Assembly (NCBI GenBank): GCA_009914755.4
Contig: CP086569.2
Span: 22,880,001 to 22,944,000, forward strand
Direction of reading: 5' to 3'
Length of the DNA stretch: 64,000 bases
Source of the DNA: the human T2T-CHM13v2.0 reference genome, Homo sapiens
A program made the position numbers and the translations under genes. Positions within the stretch are counted from its first letter, which is position 1. Every line of letters starts with the position of its first letter. The notes below the pieces were generated by a model that made no database searches, was not told where the DNA came from, and was given only the letters and a program-made list of their open reading frames with translations. This document shows positions 1 through 16,732 of this stretch, piece by piece.

Positions 1-2594
<2,594 letters not shown>

Positions 2595-2965
2595 TACAAA
2601 TATATATAAAAATATATACAATATATTTAGAAAAATATGCAAATAAATATACAAAAAATATACAAATATAAAAATATACAAATATAAAAAAATAAAATAT
2701 ACAAATATGTAAATAATATATACACATTATACAAATATATAATATATGAATAATATAATATATAAATATATAAATATTTTTTACAATATATATAAATATA
2801 AATATATAAATAAATTTTTTACAAAAATGTAAAATATAACAAACATATACAAATAAATATACAAAAATATACAAACAAAAATATACAAATATAAAACATA
2901 TACAAATATAAAAAATACATATACAAAAAATATACAAATATATACATATATAAAAAAACATACCT
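2595..2965. repeat. AT-rich tandem/simple repeat, (ATATACAAA/TATAAAAA)n-like, sitting directly at the L1 A-tail
   Basis: Iterated 'atatacaaatataaaaa' motif variants run for ~370 bp. The 209-aa minus-strand ORF here is a low-complexity artefact. Confidence 0.8.
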
Positions 2966-3197
2966 ATACCGAAAAAGAAAGCGTGATAGTTGAAATGATA
3001 ACCAGGGATGTTAATCTCAGTAAGTCAAAATTATTGCACCTCTAGTGAACAAAACTCTGACCTACCCTTTTATGAAAAGTTGTGGTGAGTAATGAAGAAT
3101 AACAAGTAATACCACAACACCAATAATGTTCATTTTTGACAATGAAAATAGATTTTATGGTTGTATGTCCACAGTCAACATTCACAAATTCACATAC

Positions 3198-3198
<1 letters not shown>

Positions 3199-3232
<34 letters not shown>
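3199..3232. repeat. (TG)n microsatellite
   Basis: A perfect tg dinucleotide run of about 16 units. Confidence 0.9.
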
Positions 3233-3236
<4 letters not shown>

Positions 3237-3669
3237 AATACAAAAATGTACATATATGTATTAGGTACTGTGTGACATCAGTGCTGGGTGTCCAGGAGAC
3301 ACAGACAGACAGACAAGAAAACTAATGTGACAGATAAGAAGCACCTTCTGGAAGGAGTGATGTCTGTGTTGTAGGAGTCTTAAGTAGGCAAATCGGGAGA
3401 GAGCATTTATCTCCAAGAAAAAATGGGGCCCAAGTTACAAGATAGGAAAGGGCATGGCTGAAAGTGGAGTTGTCCAGATGTTGCTCCAACTGGACTGTGG
3501 TGAAACAGAAAGACATGAAGCTGACAGGAAAATAAATATTAGGTCTGGAAGGGATTTGTTCAGCCATGCTGAGGATATGGATTCAGAATCTAAAAGGTAT
3601 CAAATCCTGACAAAAGCCATGAAATCTGACTTTGTATAGATGAAACCAATGTGATGAACATCTGTATTA

Positions 3670-3960
3670 GAGGAGGGGTTTGGTGGCTCAACCTTGTAAT
3701 TCCAGCACTTTTAGGGGCCAGGGTGGGTGGATCACGTGAGGCCAGGAATTCAAGACCATCCTGGCCAATTTGGTGAAACTCCGTTTCTACGAAAAATACA
3801 AAAATTAGCCCAGCTTGGTGGGCATATATAATTTTACCTACTCAAAAGTTTGAGGCACAGTAATTACTTGAACCCAGAGGCTGAGGTTGCAGTGAGCTGA
3901 AATAATGCCACTGCTCTCCAGCCAGGGTAACACAGTAAGACTATCTCAAAGAAAAAAAGA
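3670..3960 (+). mobile_element. Alu SINE
   Basis: '…ggtggctcaaccttgtaattccagcacttt…gcagtgagctga…ctccagccagggtaacacagtaagactatctcaaagaaaaaaa' shows the dimeric Alu structure with an A-tail. Confidence 0.85.
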
Positions 3961-6079
3961 AGCAAGGAAATGTGCATTAGAAAACATGAAACATGGACTC
4001 TAACAGGAGGTAATGAAAGGCACAAACATGTTGGAATCCTTTAATGTAAGATCAAAAGTGTGTACTGTTAATGTTAGCTCCTGATCTAAAATGCTTCTTG
4101 TTGAAATCTTCATTGAATAAAGTAGGTATAAGTGAAGCATTTTTAACACCAATTCTTCTTTTCACCCTTACTAAATGCTGGGGACAGCCACGTTTGAAAT
4201 TTGGATTATAATAAAACTTTAACTAAAACCAAAGAAAAAGGTAATTCAGTGCCATTTTAAACCGGGAGACAAGTGACAATAACAAACATAACACATAAAA
4301 TATCAGATTTCTCTTTCGTCACACAAACTTAATGACATCAAATAATTCATGAACATTATTTGCTATTTTTAAGAAAGTGCTTGTTGGGAAAAAAAAGCAC
4401 TCAAATTGTTAAGCCCTCAGGTGAAAACATGTTATATATTAATAGCAACATTACATTAAGTGGCTTTGATACATTTATTTGGAGTTCACTGGTAAGATTC
4501 AAAGTTTTAGCAACATTTCTGAAAACTCTGAAAGGTTGATGCTCAAGCTGAACTCAATAATTTCAAAAAAATAAATAATTTCTACCTTAATATTTTATAT
4601 AATTTTCAACATCTGGTCTTGTTGCATGTATTAACATATTTACTGATGTTCAAAGTAAAATTACATACATACTTTACATAGAGTGGTAACTGAAATATGT
4701 TAAATGCTTTGCTTAAGGCATCGGATTCTTTCTCTTCTGCCAGAAAGGTGGCTAGAAAGGCAGATCTTTGAAAATTCTGTCGCAACGGAGACCTACTGGA
4801 GGCTTCTGAACCAGTTAACTAATCTTTGGGAGAAACATCTTGAATTTCTGAAGAAACATGTGCCATCTCAAATAAACATTTCTTTAGCTACTCTTCCAGC
4901 CTGCATGGTTTTCAAGACTGTGGCTTCAAATGCTGCTTCAGAAGGCCTAGGCAGGTAAAGAAATCTAGACCATCACGATGTTCCCAAGGTGAGTAGCAAT
5001 GACATCACAAGAGGATTTTGGTCTCCTAGCAACCAACAAAAAATCTGACCAAAAGTGCTTCCTTCCCAGTCTGAGAAATGTATCCATTGAAAATCAAATA
5101 TACACTGCTAACTTACACAGTGTCAGCTGCAAAAATCTCATCCCTTCAGCATGATTTAAATAAACAAGAAAATAATGTCCTCAATCCCAGAAATAAATGT
5201 AATTTTCTCCCTGACACACACACTTACTAGATTGGTGACAGGAGCATAGGTAATTGCAAAACAAAACAAAAAAAGGAAATTATTTAAATAGCAAGTGCTT
5301 AATTGTGTTACCATACCATAAACAGAGAATGTGTCCCCATGTACAAATGTTCTCATTTCCCCAGCAAATATCAAAAACAATGTAATGATAATTTTAAAGC
5401 TTATAATCTTTTTAATTTATTTATAAAAAGGTAAGTAAATAATCATTAACATCATCATGGTAATTATGCCATAACTAACTTAAGCAATACTTTCTTATCA
5501 AAGCTTAACATATTTATATATAGCAATCCTTTGGTATCTGTAGGGGATTGGCTCCAGAAACATCTCAAATACCAAAATGTATGTCTGCTCAAGCTTCTGC
5601 TTTATAATGATGCAGTAGGTAAGTATAATGCACACCCATCCTCCTGTGTAGTTTACTTTATCTCTACATAAATAATTAATAAAATGTAAATGCTATGTAG
5701 ACAGATATTTTACTCTAATGACTTTAAATTTGTTACATTTTACCATAGTATTGATTTTTTTGTTTTTGTTTTCAAACACTTTAATATATGTCTAGGGAAA
5801 TCTGTTTGCAGAACCTTTATATGCAAAAGGTCTCTTATTTGTTGCAAATCAGAAAACATTACTGACACAGAGAGTGATGGCTATGTGGTTCCATATAGCC
5901 ACTACTATCTGTGTTACTTCTCTAATATTTTCTTTTATGCAATTAAGCAGAATTTGGTGTGAGCAAACTGAAGATACAAAGTAAGCAATAATGATAGCAG
6001 TTAATACTTATAGTGCTTAAAGTCAAGGTAATACACTAAGAGCTGCACACATATTAATAAATTTAATCCTCACTGTCCT

Positions 6080-6292
6080 TTCTTTTTGTGTGACAGTTTC
6101 ACTCTCTTCACCTAGAATGCAGTGCAATGGCAGGATCTAGGCTCACTGCAACCTAGACCTCCCAGATTCAAGCGATTCACCTGTCCCAGCCTCCCCAGTA
6201 GCTAGTATTACAGGCATCTGCCGCCACACCTGGCTAATTTTCATATTTTTAGTAGAGATGGGGCTTCACCCTGTTGGCAAAGCTGGACTCTC
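6080..6292 (-). mobile_element. Alu SINE, partial
   Basis: Reverse-complement Alu signature: 'cactctcttcacctagaatgcagtgcaatggcaggatctaggctcactgcaacct…cctggctaattttcatatttttagtagagatggggcttcaccctgttggc'. Confidence 0.8.
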
Positions 6293-8282
6293 TGTCTTAT
6301 AAAAAGGTAAAACCTATACATAATACTTTAAACGGTGTGAATTAAGAGTGGCAGGCAGGGTGAAAAGAAATTGTTCCAAGTCTCAGAGGTGAAAATAGCA
6401 GGCAGTATGCTGTTAAAAATAAACCACAATTTAAATGGCAGCTAAGTGCAAGATAATGCAGACAGCTTGGAGGTGAGATGTTATGAAGGTCAAGAAAGAC
6501 ATACCTGTCATTTAATATATAATATCTTCAAAGACATTTTACCATTATATATCCTAGTCAAATTGCGAAGAAATAAAATTAGCTGGTTAGGCCTAAAGAA
6601 AGAGACCTGTTTGTGAAACTACAAGTGGTCGTTAAAATCTGTTGGAAGCCCATAAAATGAAGGAACATTTTTGCTTCAAGAGATTTTTATAGTAGAAAAA
6701 GAATAATGCTTTCTTCTACCAACTCTTCAAGATTCAATCATTAAAATGCAATTTATTTTAGAGTAGAGATGAAAACAATCTGGGAGATTATTTTACATCT
6801 CAAATTATTCACCTAATGAGAATAACTTTTTTTTTCCTAGTCAGTCATTCGATTTTGTCAATAACATTCTCCTTTAAGCCAGTTATCATCTTGACTACCT
6901 CTCTGATACCGTGCAAATACTAAAGAGAAAGCAGAAGTTAATTTTGTGGATGAGCACAAACACTTCTAATTGTCTTCTGGTTGTTTTCAATGAGATAATT
7001 ATTTTTTTCAAAACTGAACAAAACAAACTTTTTATCACATTTTACAATGATGTGCATTTGCACATTCAATTTGATACACTGTTCCAAAGAATGAAGAAGA
7101 TTTTGAAGACTGTTCATGTCCACATTTAAAGTTGTAAAAGATTTCTCACATTTGTATCAAAAGATATTATTTAAAATACAAATTATAAAATGTATTTTTT
7201 ACTTTTATTTGTGAAGACAGGTTCTTTGTCACTGAAGCTAAAATGCAGTGGCACAATTCCAGTTCACTGTGGTCTCAAACTCTTTGGCTTGAGCTGGGGT
7301 TTCCCTAATCAGTATCCATCTGCGTCTTGTTATGAACTGGGGCTACACATCAACAGGTGAGTGGTGGCCAAGCATGGAAACCTTATCTCTATTTAAAACA
7401 CTAAGTATGGTTCACAGTACTGCCTGAGATCCGCTTTCTGAAGATCAGTGGCAGCATCCGATTTTTATAGAAGCGAGGGAACTACTATTTACTGCACTTG
7501 AGAGAAATTTACGTTTTGCACTCTTTATAAGAATCAAAACAACTGATCACCTGCAACAGTCTCCCATCACCCACAGATAGAACCATCTAGCTACAGGAAA
7601 ATAAGTTTAGGGCTCCCACTGAGTCTACATTATGGTGAGATGTATAATTATTTTGTTAAATATTATAATGTAATAATAAGACAAATAAAGCGCAAAATCA
7701 ATGGAGGGTACTCAAATCTTCCAAAAACTGTCTCCACAACCCCAGTTGATGAAAATCTTGTCTTTCACAAAAACAGGCCCTGGTGCCAAGTGATAGCAGA
7801 TGATCACATATAGATGCATGCACACATAAATTATTGAGTGAAAGTTTTGAAGACAGAAGCTCAAAGAGTTATAATAATTTGAGAGAACAAGAACAGAAAT
7901 GTTGACTAGATTGCAGAAAAAGAAATGTTTTGAGTAGAGAAAGCTAATGAAAATAAATTGTTGACACAAGAAAAAATGAGAGTGAGGGACGTGTGCAGAT
8001 AAAGAATTGAAATATGTAAATTAGAATTATATATGCAAATCATATTTATAACCTAGGTTTACAGTTTAGCTATGAAATTTGGAAACTTTTACTGAAAGCT
8101 ATAATGGGCAGTCAGTTAATTACACGTGCACTAAAGACTTTTAAAGGAAATCTAAGTGATATGCTAATACATAGAAAGGGAACTACTGTGAGTAAAACAG
8201 AAGACAGCCCAGAAATCAGAAGATCCCTTTTTCTTCCTACCTCTGAGCTATCTAAGAAATACCTTCTTGAAAGAACACTAAA

Positions 8283-8345
8283 CTCTTTCTCTGTGTGTGT
8301 GTGTGGTTTTGTGTGCATGTGTGGTTGTGTGTGTTTGTGTGGCAC
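8283..8345. repeat. degenerate (TG)n microsatellite
   Basis: 'tgtgtgtgtgtgtggttttgtgtgcatgtgtggttgtgtgtgtttgtgtgg'. Confidence 0.7.
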
Positions 8346-8593
8346 AGCTTCTCTTCATTACTCAGTCTGCAATGCAGCAACACGGTTACAGCTCAGGTGA
8401 TGTTTTCGCCTTAGTGTCCCGGGTAGATGGGACTAGTGCAGACAATTACACTCAGCTAATTTATTGCATCTTAGTAGAGATGGGATATCACCATGTTGCA
8501 CAGGCTGGTTTTGAACTCCTGAAATCAAGTAATCTGACTCCCTTGGCTTCCCAAAGTGCTAAGGCTATCCATGTGAGTGACAGGGCCTGGCCT
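8343..8593 (-). mobile_element. Alu SINE, older and diverged
   Basis: '…gcatcttagtagagatgggatatcaccatgttgcacaggctggttttgaactcctgaaatcaagtaatctgactcccttggcttcccaaagtgctaaggctatccatgtgagtgacagggcctggcc'. Confidence 0.75.
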
Positions 8594-8999
8594 AGTTGAG
8601 ATTTTTCAAATCTAAACACGGACCAAGTGTTATTGGTCACTTTTGTAAGAGGCTCAAAATCTATGAGATTACATTCAGGCTTGCAAAAATTATGTGTATA
8701 TTACATGAAGTTATAGATTATATATTTATATAAAAGTATATCATATATATTTTATCTTGCAGGACTAGGAAGCAGTACTTTTTTGTCAGTGATTAAAAGG
8801 TTTATTTGATAATAAAAATGCTTATTTGATGATGAGTAATATGGATTTCTGAGGTGATTATTATACATAATCTCAGGCATAAACATTACTCTAGAAACTA
8901 AAAGACATCATTGATGTGCTAGTCTAAATTGAACAGTATAATGAGGAAAGTGTAATCAAATATCAAAGTTAGTCAAATAAATGGTATTTTATCTTTCCA

Positions 9000-9090
9000 A
9001 GTAGCTGATACTACAGGCTCATATATCCACACCTGAATAATTTTTGTTTTGTTTTCATAGAGGCAGGGTTTTCTACGTTGCCCAAGGTTG
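9000..9090 (-). mobile_element. Alu fragment of about 90 bp
   Basis: 'gtagctgatactacaggctc…aataatttttgttttgttttcatagaggcagggttttctacgttgcccaaggttg'. Confidence 0.5.
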
Positions 9091-12000
9091 TAAAATAATT
9101 TGTATTATGTGTGATAACAGTACCCTGGTCATATATTTTTGAAAAAACTTTAGGGATGTATTAAAATATCTGTACACTTAAAAAATGTACTTGACATTTG
9201 CTTCATTTGAGAACTGTTAAATCAAGGAGATGACTTCATTTTAATATTTTGATTATATAGATTACAAATCTTCCTATAAGAAGTCAATTATACCTTAAGA
9301 GATGAAAGAATACAGTGGCCTGTCTTTGCTGTGACAATTTTAACCTTTTTCTATTAGTATGACAATAATAAAAATGATCAAGAAATGCAGCTAGGATATT
9401 ACTATTTTTTAAATATTACATGCCAAATAAACTATGTATTTTAAAGATCTATTTAAAAAATTTAATGTACAGACGATTTTATCAAAATTAAATTGATAAA
9501 TCACCCATAATTTACCTGAAGTGTTTCCAAAAAATTTTCAGTACATAGTATTTTAGTCAGAAGGCAACTAAATGTAAAAGAGGCTTGAAGGTGTCTTTGG
9601 ACACGAATATTGTTCTCTTTCCTATCTTCTATCTTGTTTAATGTGGGCTCATCTTTAAATTTATGACGTTAACTACGTACATCATTTTGGAGATGAGCAT
9701 TGCTATAGAAACCAAAATACATTGGTGATGCACTAATCTAACGTTAAAATATAATAAAAGAAGTTGAAATAAATACCAAAACTTAGTTAATAAGATGATA
9801 TGCATGTTTTAATATTATTTTCAAAGAACTTATTGTTTTTAATGTTTAGGATTAGTGATTATTTCACAGGGGGACCATCAGAAAGAGATCACAGAAAAAT
9901 TATCCTTAGCAATAATAAAACAATAGCATATATTGCAGGTAATAAAATATACTACAGTGTTGTTGAGTAGACAGATTAAAAACAAATCAGTGCTCTGCCA
10001 TATGAGGAATAAGATACTTTGTTCTCCTAGAATTCAGTGTCTTCTTGTGATTTTAATGCATTTTTACAGATTTCATGATATAATTTATGTGATGTATTTG
10101 GAATTATTACTGCACAATAAGTACAGCTATTAAGAGTAGTTGTGGAAGGAATGAGAGCACACACAGGAACGCCAAAGGTCATAATTTCCTTATAGCTACA
10201 GAGCAAAATACAGTTGTTTTACACATATCTCTCATGTTTCTGTATGTTTTTCTCTACATCTGAGGTTTTTGATACAATAATGAACAATATCCAGTTTGTG
10301 CCCTGATGAAGTTCATTGTATAGAAAAAGCAGCTAGGCAGACATGCAGCCACAGTAAAGCGCTAAGACATCATAAAGCACAAGCAATGAAGCACAAAGGT
10401 GGGGATTTAATTTGAATTTTATATTCTGTCTGCCTCATTCACTTCTTGCCAGTGTAATTAACCATCTCTATCTGTTTTAAATTCAAAACCCTAGGGGTAA
10501 AACTGATTACAGTACAAGGAACTAAATTTTACTTTTTGTTGTTGTTGTTGTTTATTAGTGACTATTAACCAAGTGTTAGCGAACGTCCCATATGGACATT
10601 CTACTAAAAGAAATGCTACCAAGGTTTTAATGCCTGCGTGGTGTGATCTATCAGATCTAGAAAGGGAGAGGCAAGTGTGTTTTTAATCTCCATAAATGAT
10701 AAATGCTGAGATGCTATTTGAAAACCAAACTATTTCTGATCACTGAGGAAGAGAAATGTAGAAATTTAAGATTTATTACAATTAAAATATTCTAATTTCT
10801 TTATTTAGTTTCTATCAATACCTATGCAAAAAGTAAAGGAACTACTTGAGTACAAACATTTCCAAAATTCAAGTTTTTGGTATTCACTTATTTAATAGCT
10901 ATATCTTAAATATGTAATCTGCCACTAAAACCTAATATTTTTGCTGCTTTATTTTCAACCAGATACTTTTTATTTTCAACCAGATGATTTATACCCTTAG
11001 CAGCCTGATTGTAATAGTTACGTCATGTTGCTAACAGGTCCATGTAGCATTATCTGAAAATCAATTTTTTTCCTTAGCAGAAAAAACCCTAATTTGAGAA
11101 AAATATTTAGAGAATCCTAAAAATAAGCACAACTTATATAACACAGATAGAACAGTAAAAAAGCCTACTTTATAAAACAAGATGAAAATATAATTATTAA
11201 AAACAAAAATTTCTCATTATCCAAAGAATGAATTGCATTTACCATGTTGTGCAAATGTGATTATATCAACCATGCTTTGAAAACAACAAAAAACATTGAT
11301 AAATATTATTAACTAAAATTTCAACTTACTAGATAGTGATCACAATAAATATGCCAGTCATAGTATCTCAGATATTATAGCCATATCATCAAAATGCAGT
11401 CCTGATAAAACCTCATGAAACTATACTAATTTGAGGAAGAACAACAGTATCTACTATGAGAATATTCAAAAAATGATAATTAAAACTTACTTCACAATTT
11501 TGTTTCTCATCTTTGAACGATCATCGAGTTCATCACTAACTGTGTTTTCAATTGTAGAAATACTGTTTCTGATGACTGGGATTATGTATAGTTGCTGGAT
11601 CACAGAATTATTAACCACAGACTTCTTAAGTCCACATTTTTAATGACATTGCTTCTGTAACAATTTTCTTAGAAAAGGTCATGCATGATGGTATAATATT
11701 AAATTCTAATGTGTTACACAGACTTAGCATTAATCATTACAAATTTACATATTAAAAAACTTTTGCACTTAAATGTATTCAATACATTTTAATCAGATCT
11801 TTACATAAATAGAACTTTAGAGTTTTCTCAGTTTTAATTGAGCACTACATTTACATTATTGTTCTGACTCATAAAAACTATAATCTTCACATAAATATCA
11901 CTTTCTTCCTCAGCTAATAGTGATAATTGTTTTATCTATGTTCATAGTTTTATTGTGAGAAGAAGTCAATTAGAAGTTGTCTTTAAAATACCTGTGAAAA

Positions 12001-12182
12001 TTGTAAATGCTACTTTTTGTAAAACTGAATATGACTTACACATAAATCCAACTTAGAGATGGATTACATAAATTAGAGCACATTGAACTGCAAGTTATGT
12101 AGCTACAAAACAGAATTAAATAGATCTTGTTGTATTGACAGGCGTGTGACTAAGTACAAAACAAGGTTAACCATATTGTATA

Positions 12183-12692
12183 TAAACTCATTACTTAAAA
12201 AGTCAGATCATTCTGTGTCCTGTGGGATCTATGTAGAGAGAAGAGTTTCCTTTTTGAAAACACTTTTTTTTGTTAATTTGTTTAACTATTGTATTAGAAT
12301 AGTAAATATATATTTTCAAAAGATTTTTTTACTTTGATCAGAAATATGATCATTTCTGTAAGAAAAAAAAATAGCTAATTGTATGAAGATGTGCATATAT
12401 CTCAAAGAAAATCTCTGTACCAGAAATATAATATTGGTGGCAAGATAATAGTTTTTAGTGCATGTCCTCTTGTATATTTGAAAATATATATTAATCACAA
12501 GAAAACATTGGCTAGTTTAACAACAATACTGTTTATTTTAAAAAATCTCTTTTGAAAATACAAATTTACTATTCCAATACAATAGTTAAACAAATTAACA
12601 AAAAAAAAAAAGTGTTTTCAAAAAGGAAACTCTTCTCTCTACATAGATCCCACAGGACACAGAATGATCTGACCTTTTAAGTAATGAGTTTA
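12183..12692. repeat. Inverted repeat (palindromic structure). Arms lie at ~12183-12323 and ~12545-12692, about 96-97% identical to each other, around a ~220 bp spacer.
   Basis: The reverse complement of 12545-12692 reads 'taaactcattacttaaaaggtcagatcattctgtgtcctgtgggatctatgtagagagaagagtttcctttttgaaaacac(t)n gttaatttgtttaactattgtattggaatagtaaat…ttttcaaaag'. This matches arm 1 except for about 4 substitutions and a T-run length difference. Confidence 0.85.
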
Positions 12693-14076
12693 GCTAGAAA
12701 CTCCTACAATGTACTAAAAAATATACTCACACAGAGAAAAACATAAATATAATTTCACATTTTCCAATTAAATATCTGTACAGAATGCTGTTGTTAATTA
12801 TGTACTTAACCCTCAGATTTCTCTTGAAATCAACTAAATTTCATGTTATTACTTGTTAATTTACTTACATTGGCTCCCAGTCTGAGTTTCAGTTTTGTGT
12901 AAGATTTCAACATTGCTACCTATTTTGCTTAACTAATATGGACATTTAAAAGTAATAAAATGCACTCAAATGTTCTCTTCTCACATTATGATTTTTAAAA
13001 CAATACCTCTCTTATAATATAACTAAAATACCATGAAACAACTTCAAAGTTTGGGTTATGAAAATCTTTTTAATGCATACAGTTTAAATATAAAGTTTTT
13101 GTAGCATTAAATTTGGCTTCTTGTTATTCTAAAGGGTTAGTATTTTTTTTTCACATACAACTAAATAAAACCCACTGTGGTAAATTACCAAAACCAGCTA
13201 TAGGAGAGAAGTTAAGAAATACATGCTTATTTTGAAAAATAATGTTCTCTTACTTACATGGTTTTAATTATATACCTGATGGCTACAAAATGGTAAACTA
13301 GTTAATCAAAAAGAAAAAACCCATAAGTTAATTTTTGCAAATGAAATAATAGAATTTTAAACTAAAGTGTGATTAATGAACAAAAACTGCTTTATAATTT
13401 AAAATATTCACTAGTTATTGCTTTGTCTTTGTAATATGTTTCAGTCAAACAGTCTAGCATCATTGTGAGATTTTTTACACAGCCAATAGCTGGTGCTGCA
13501 AGCAGCTCAAAACCAGGGTTGATGGTAGTGGGTCAGTTACAGACAAGAACAGCCTTCTCTGCTAGCAGTTATTCACTTCTTATGTATTGCAGGTGAACTT
13601 TAGATGAAGGCAAGATGAAAACGAATTAATTTCTAGTAAGTTAGAAGAAGTAATCACATATTATTAGTAGAAAAGACAGGTTATAAAAACTTTATTTTCA
13701 AAGAAAATACCTTTAAGTCTATTTCACATAATTAAACATCTCAATGTATCTTGAAACAATTTTGAATTTTCTTACAAAAGAAAATCCTGAGGAAAAAAAA
13801 CTGAGTGCAATCAACTAATGTAACTAATTATCCAAATTAGATTTTTACAGAAATTTCTAAAACTTCAGAACTTTACACCAAAGCAAAATAACATTCTAAA
13901 TATACCTACTATTTTAGTTACATATTAATAAAAATAAATTAATTTCCAAGTATAATACATTAAAATTATATTATTTTTCTTGAATTATGAGACATATAAA
14001 GAAACTCATCAAAAATATGATGTAGAAAATAAGGTTTTGCAAGATGGACTTTTTTATTCAATTAGAAATTCAATCA

Positions 14077-14352
14077 GGGGCCAGGCATGGCGATTCACAC
14101 ATGTAATTCCAGTACTTTTGGAAGCCAAGGCAGGCAGAGTACTTGAGGTCTGAATATTGAGACAAGCATGACCAATATGGTAAAAACACATGAGGTGTGG
14201 TGGTGCACACCTGTAATCTCAGCTATTCAAGAAGCCGAGGAAGAATAAATACTTGAAGCTGGGAAGCAGGGTGCTGCAGTGTGCTAAGATTGCACCAGTG
14301 CACTCCAGCCAAAGAGGCAATGTGAGATATCATTCTAAAAATAAAAGAAAAC
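14077..14352 (+). mobile_element. Alu SINE
   Basis: 'ggccaggcatggcgattcacacatgtaattccagtacttttggaagccaaggcaggcaga…ctgcagtgtgctaagattgcaccagtgcactccagccaaagagg'. Confidence 0.85.
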
Positions 14353-14595
14353 AAATTCAATCAATTAAAAATTGAGATGTACTACTTATTTAACTTTTCA
14401 ATGCAGTTTGTGACAACTCTGATTTTTAATTACAAAATGTTTTAAATAAAGTGTGCACACATTTCAAAGTTACTACAACCCCACATCCAGAAAAAAAAGT
14501 TTTATTTTTATTTAATTAATTTAATTTTGTTTTATATTAAGTTCCACAGTACATGCAGGACATCCTGGTTTATTTCACAAATGACAGAATGTTAG

Positions 14596-15246
<651 letters not shown>

Positions 15247-15339
15247 TAAGTACAAAATGTCAAAGTCCAGGAATTAGAAATACTGTTTCATAAGCAAGCT
15301 TCATAATCTACTAAAAGAATGCTAATCTGAAGCCCAATG

Positions 15340-15468
15340 CCATGCTAGGCACCATGGTGGGTGCCTGTAATCCCAGCTGCTTGGGAGGCAGAGGTGCACT
15401 GAGCTGAGACCATGCCATTGCACTCCAGCATGGACTACAAAAGTGAAAGTCCGTCTTTAAAAAAAAAT
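15340..15468 (+). mobile_element. Alu fragment, right-arm portion with an A-tail
   Basis: 'ggcaccatggtgggtgcctgtaatcccagctgcttgggaggcagaggtgcactgagctgagaccatgccattgcactccagcatgg…aaaaaaaaa'. Confidence 0.7.
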
Positions 15469-16732
15469 GCAGTATACATAAGATGGATCAGGTGGTTCAA
15501 TGCAAATAATAATCTTTCAAATTTGATTTTGTAAAAATTTTGAAATATAATCATTTCCAAATAAGGTTAAAAAAATCCAAAATGTAGGACACTGAATTTT
15601 CAGTATTTCAAGAACTAAAAGAAGTAAGTCATTTAAACACAACCAGCTATGCTGCTTTTGCAATGGGATTTTAGGGGAGTCACTTTGTCAGATGAAATCC
15701 TCTGTGGCCAGTGGGGCCTTTCCCTGAGCTTTAATCAAGCCTGCTAAATTTGTTCTACCCACACTACCTGGCAGGCTACACCCAGCTGGAGTTACTGGAG
15801 TTATCACCTGCCAAGGGCAAACATGGATGAGTGGTGAGAGGTGTATGAGCAAGTGTGGCTTCCAGCCTCTAGACATGGTCAGTCATGCCAGCTGTGTCAG
15901 GTCAGGAAGTTTTAGGTGCCAACAGAACTGCTAGATCACTGAAAAGCTGCAACTGGGCCAGGCCTACTGCAAGCAGCCTCCACAGCTGATACTGGGGAAT
16001 GTAGTGATGCCCAGAAGCTTGCAGATGCCAGAAAAGGCAAAGCCCCAAGGAAGGTGTGACAGCCCTCCCTGGCTTTGAGAGCTCCCTGGTCTGTGCGCCC
16101 TGAAGGGCCACAGCTCTCGTTTTATTTTTGTCTACCACAATGTGATAAGCAAGGGGAATGTTTTCTACCCGTTTGTGTTCCAGGTCATTCAGCCCTGCCA
16201 TTCAGGTGATCTCATATTATTTTCCTGCATCCAGGAAAAATGAAGTTCATGCTGCCATGAGCCCTTCCACCTGTGTCTGTAGAGATAATCCCTGCGCTGG
16301 TTATGGCAACAGTGATGGCCTCCCCTAGAAGATGCTTGAGTATTCATTCTACTCAACACCTAGAATTATCTAGCCCTGGCTATAATCCTTGAAATCTTGG
16401 TTTTCATTTGGCTTGGTTATTGTAAAATCTTCACAACTTTTCTGTCATAAGAGACATTTAATATTTGTCTTATGGCAATCATTACGCTCGATGGGTATGC
16501 ATAATGTAGTGTACCAATGCACATGTGTGCATCTGTATTCTGTATGCCTTCCAGTCGTATTCCGGATTAGCTCTATCCCAAAAGGCTTTGATTCAGTTTT
16601 CTCCATGGTATCTCAAAAATAGAGTGTGCCTAGGGTTTTATTTTGCTATATTAGCGTTTTACATAAATATTTAAAAATAATGGAAAAGAAAAGGGGAGAA
16701 AAAGGAAATATTTAGTTTACCTTTTTGTTTTT

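Noticed and set aside
7200-7330. Alu-like or SINE-like stretch ('…gctaaaatgcagtggcacaattccagttcactgtggtctcaaactctttggcttgagctgggg…')
   Set aside because: It is too diverged to call confidently by eye. It might be a FLAM/FRAM-type monomer or just chance similarity.
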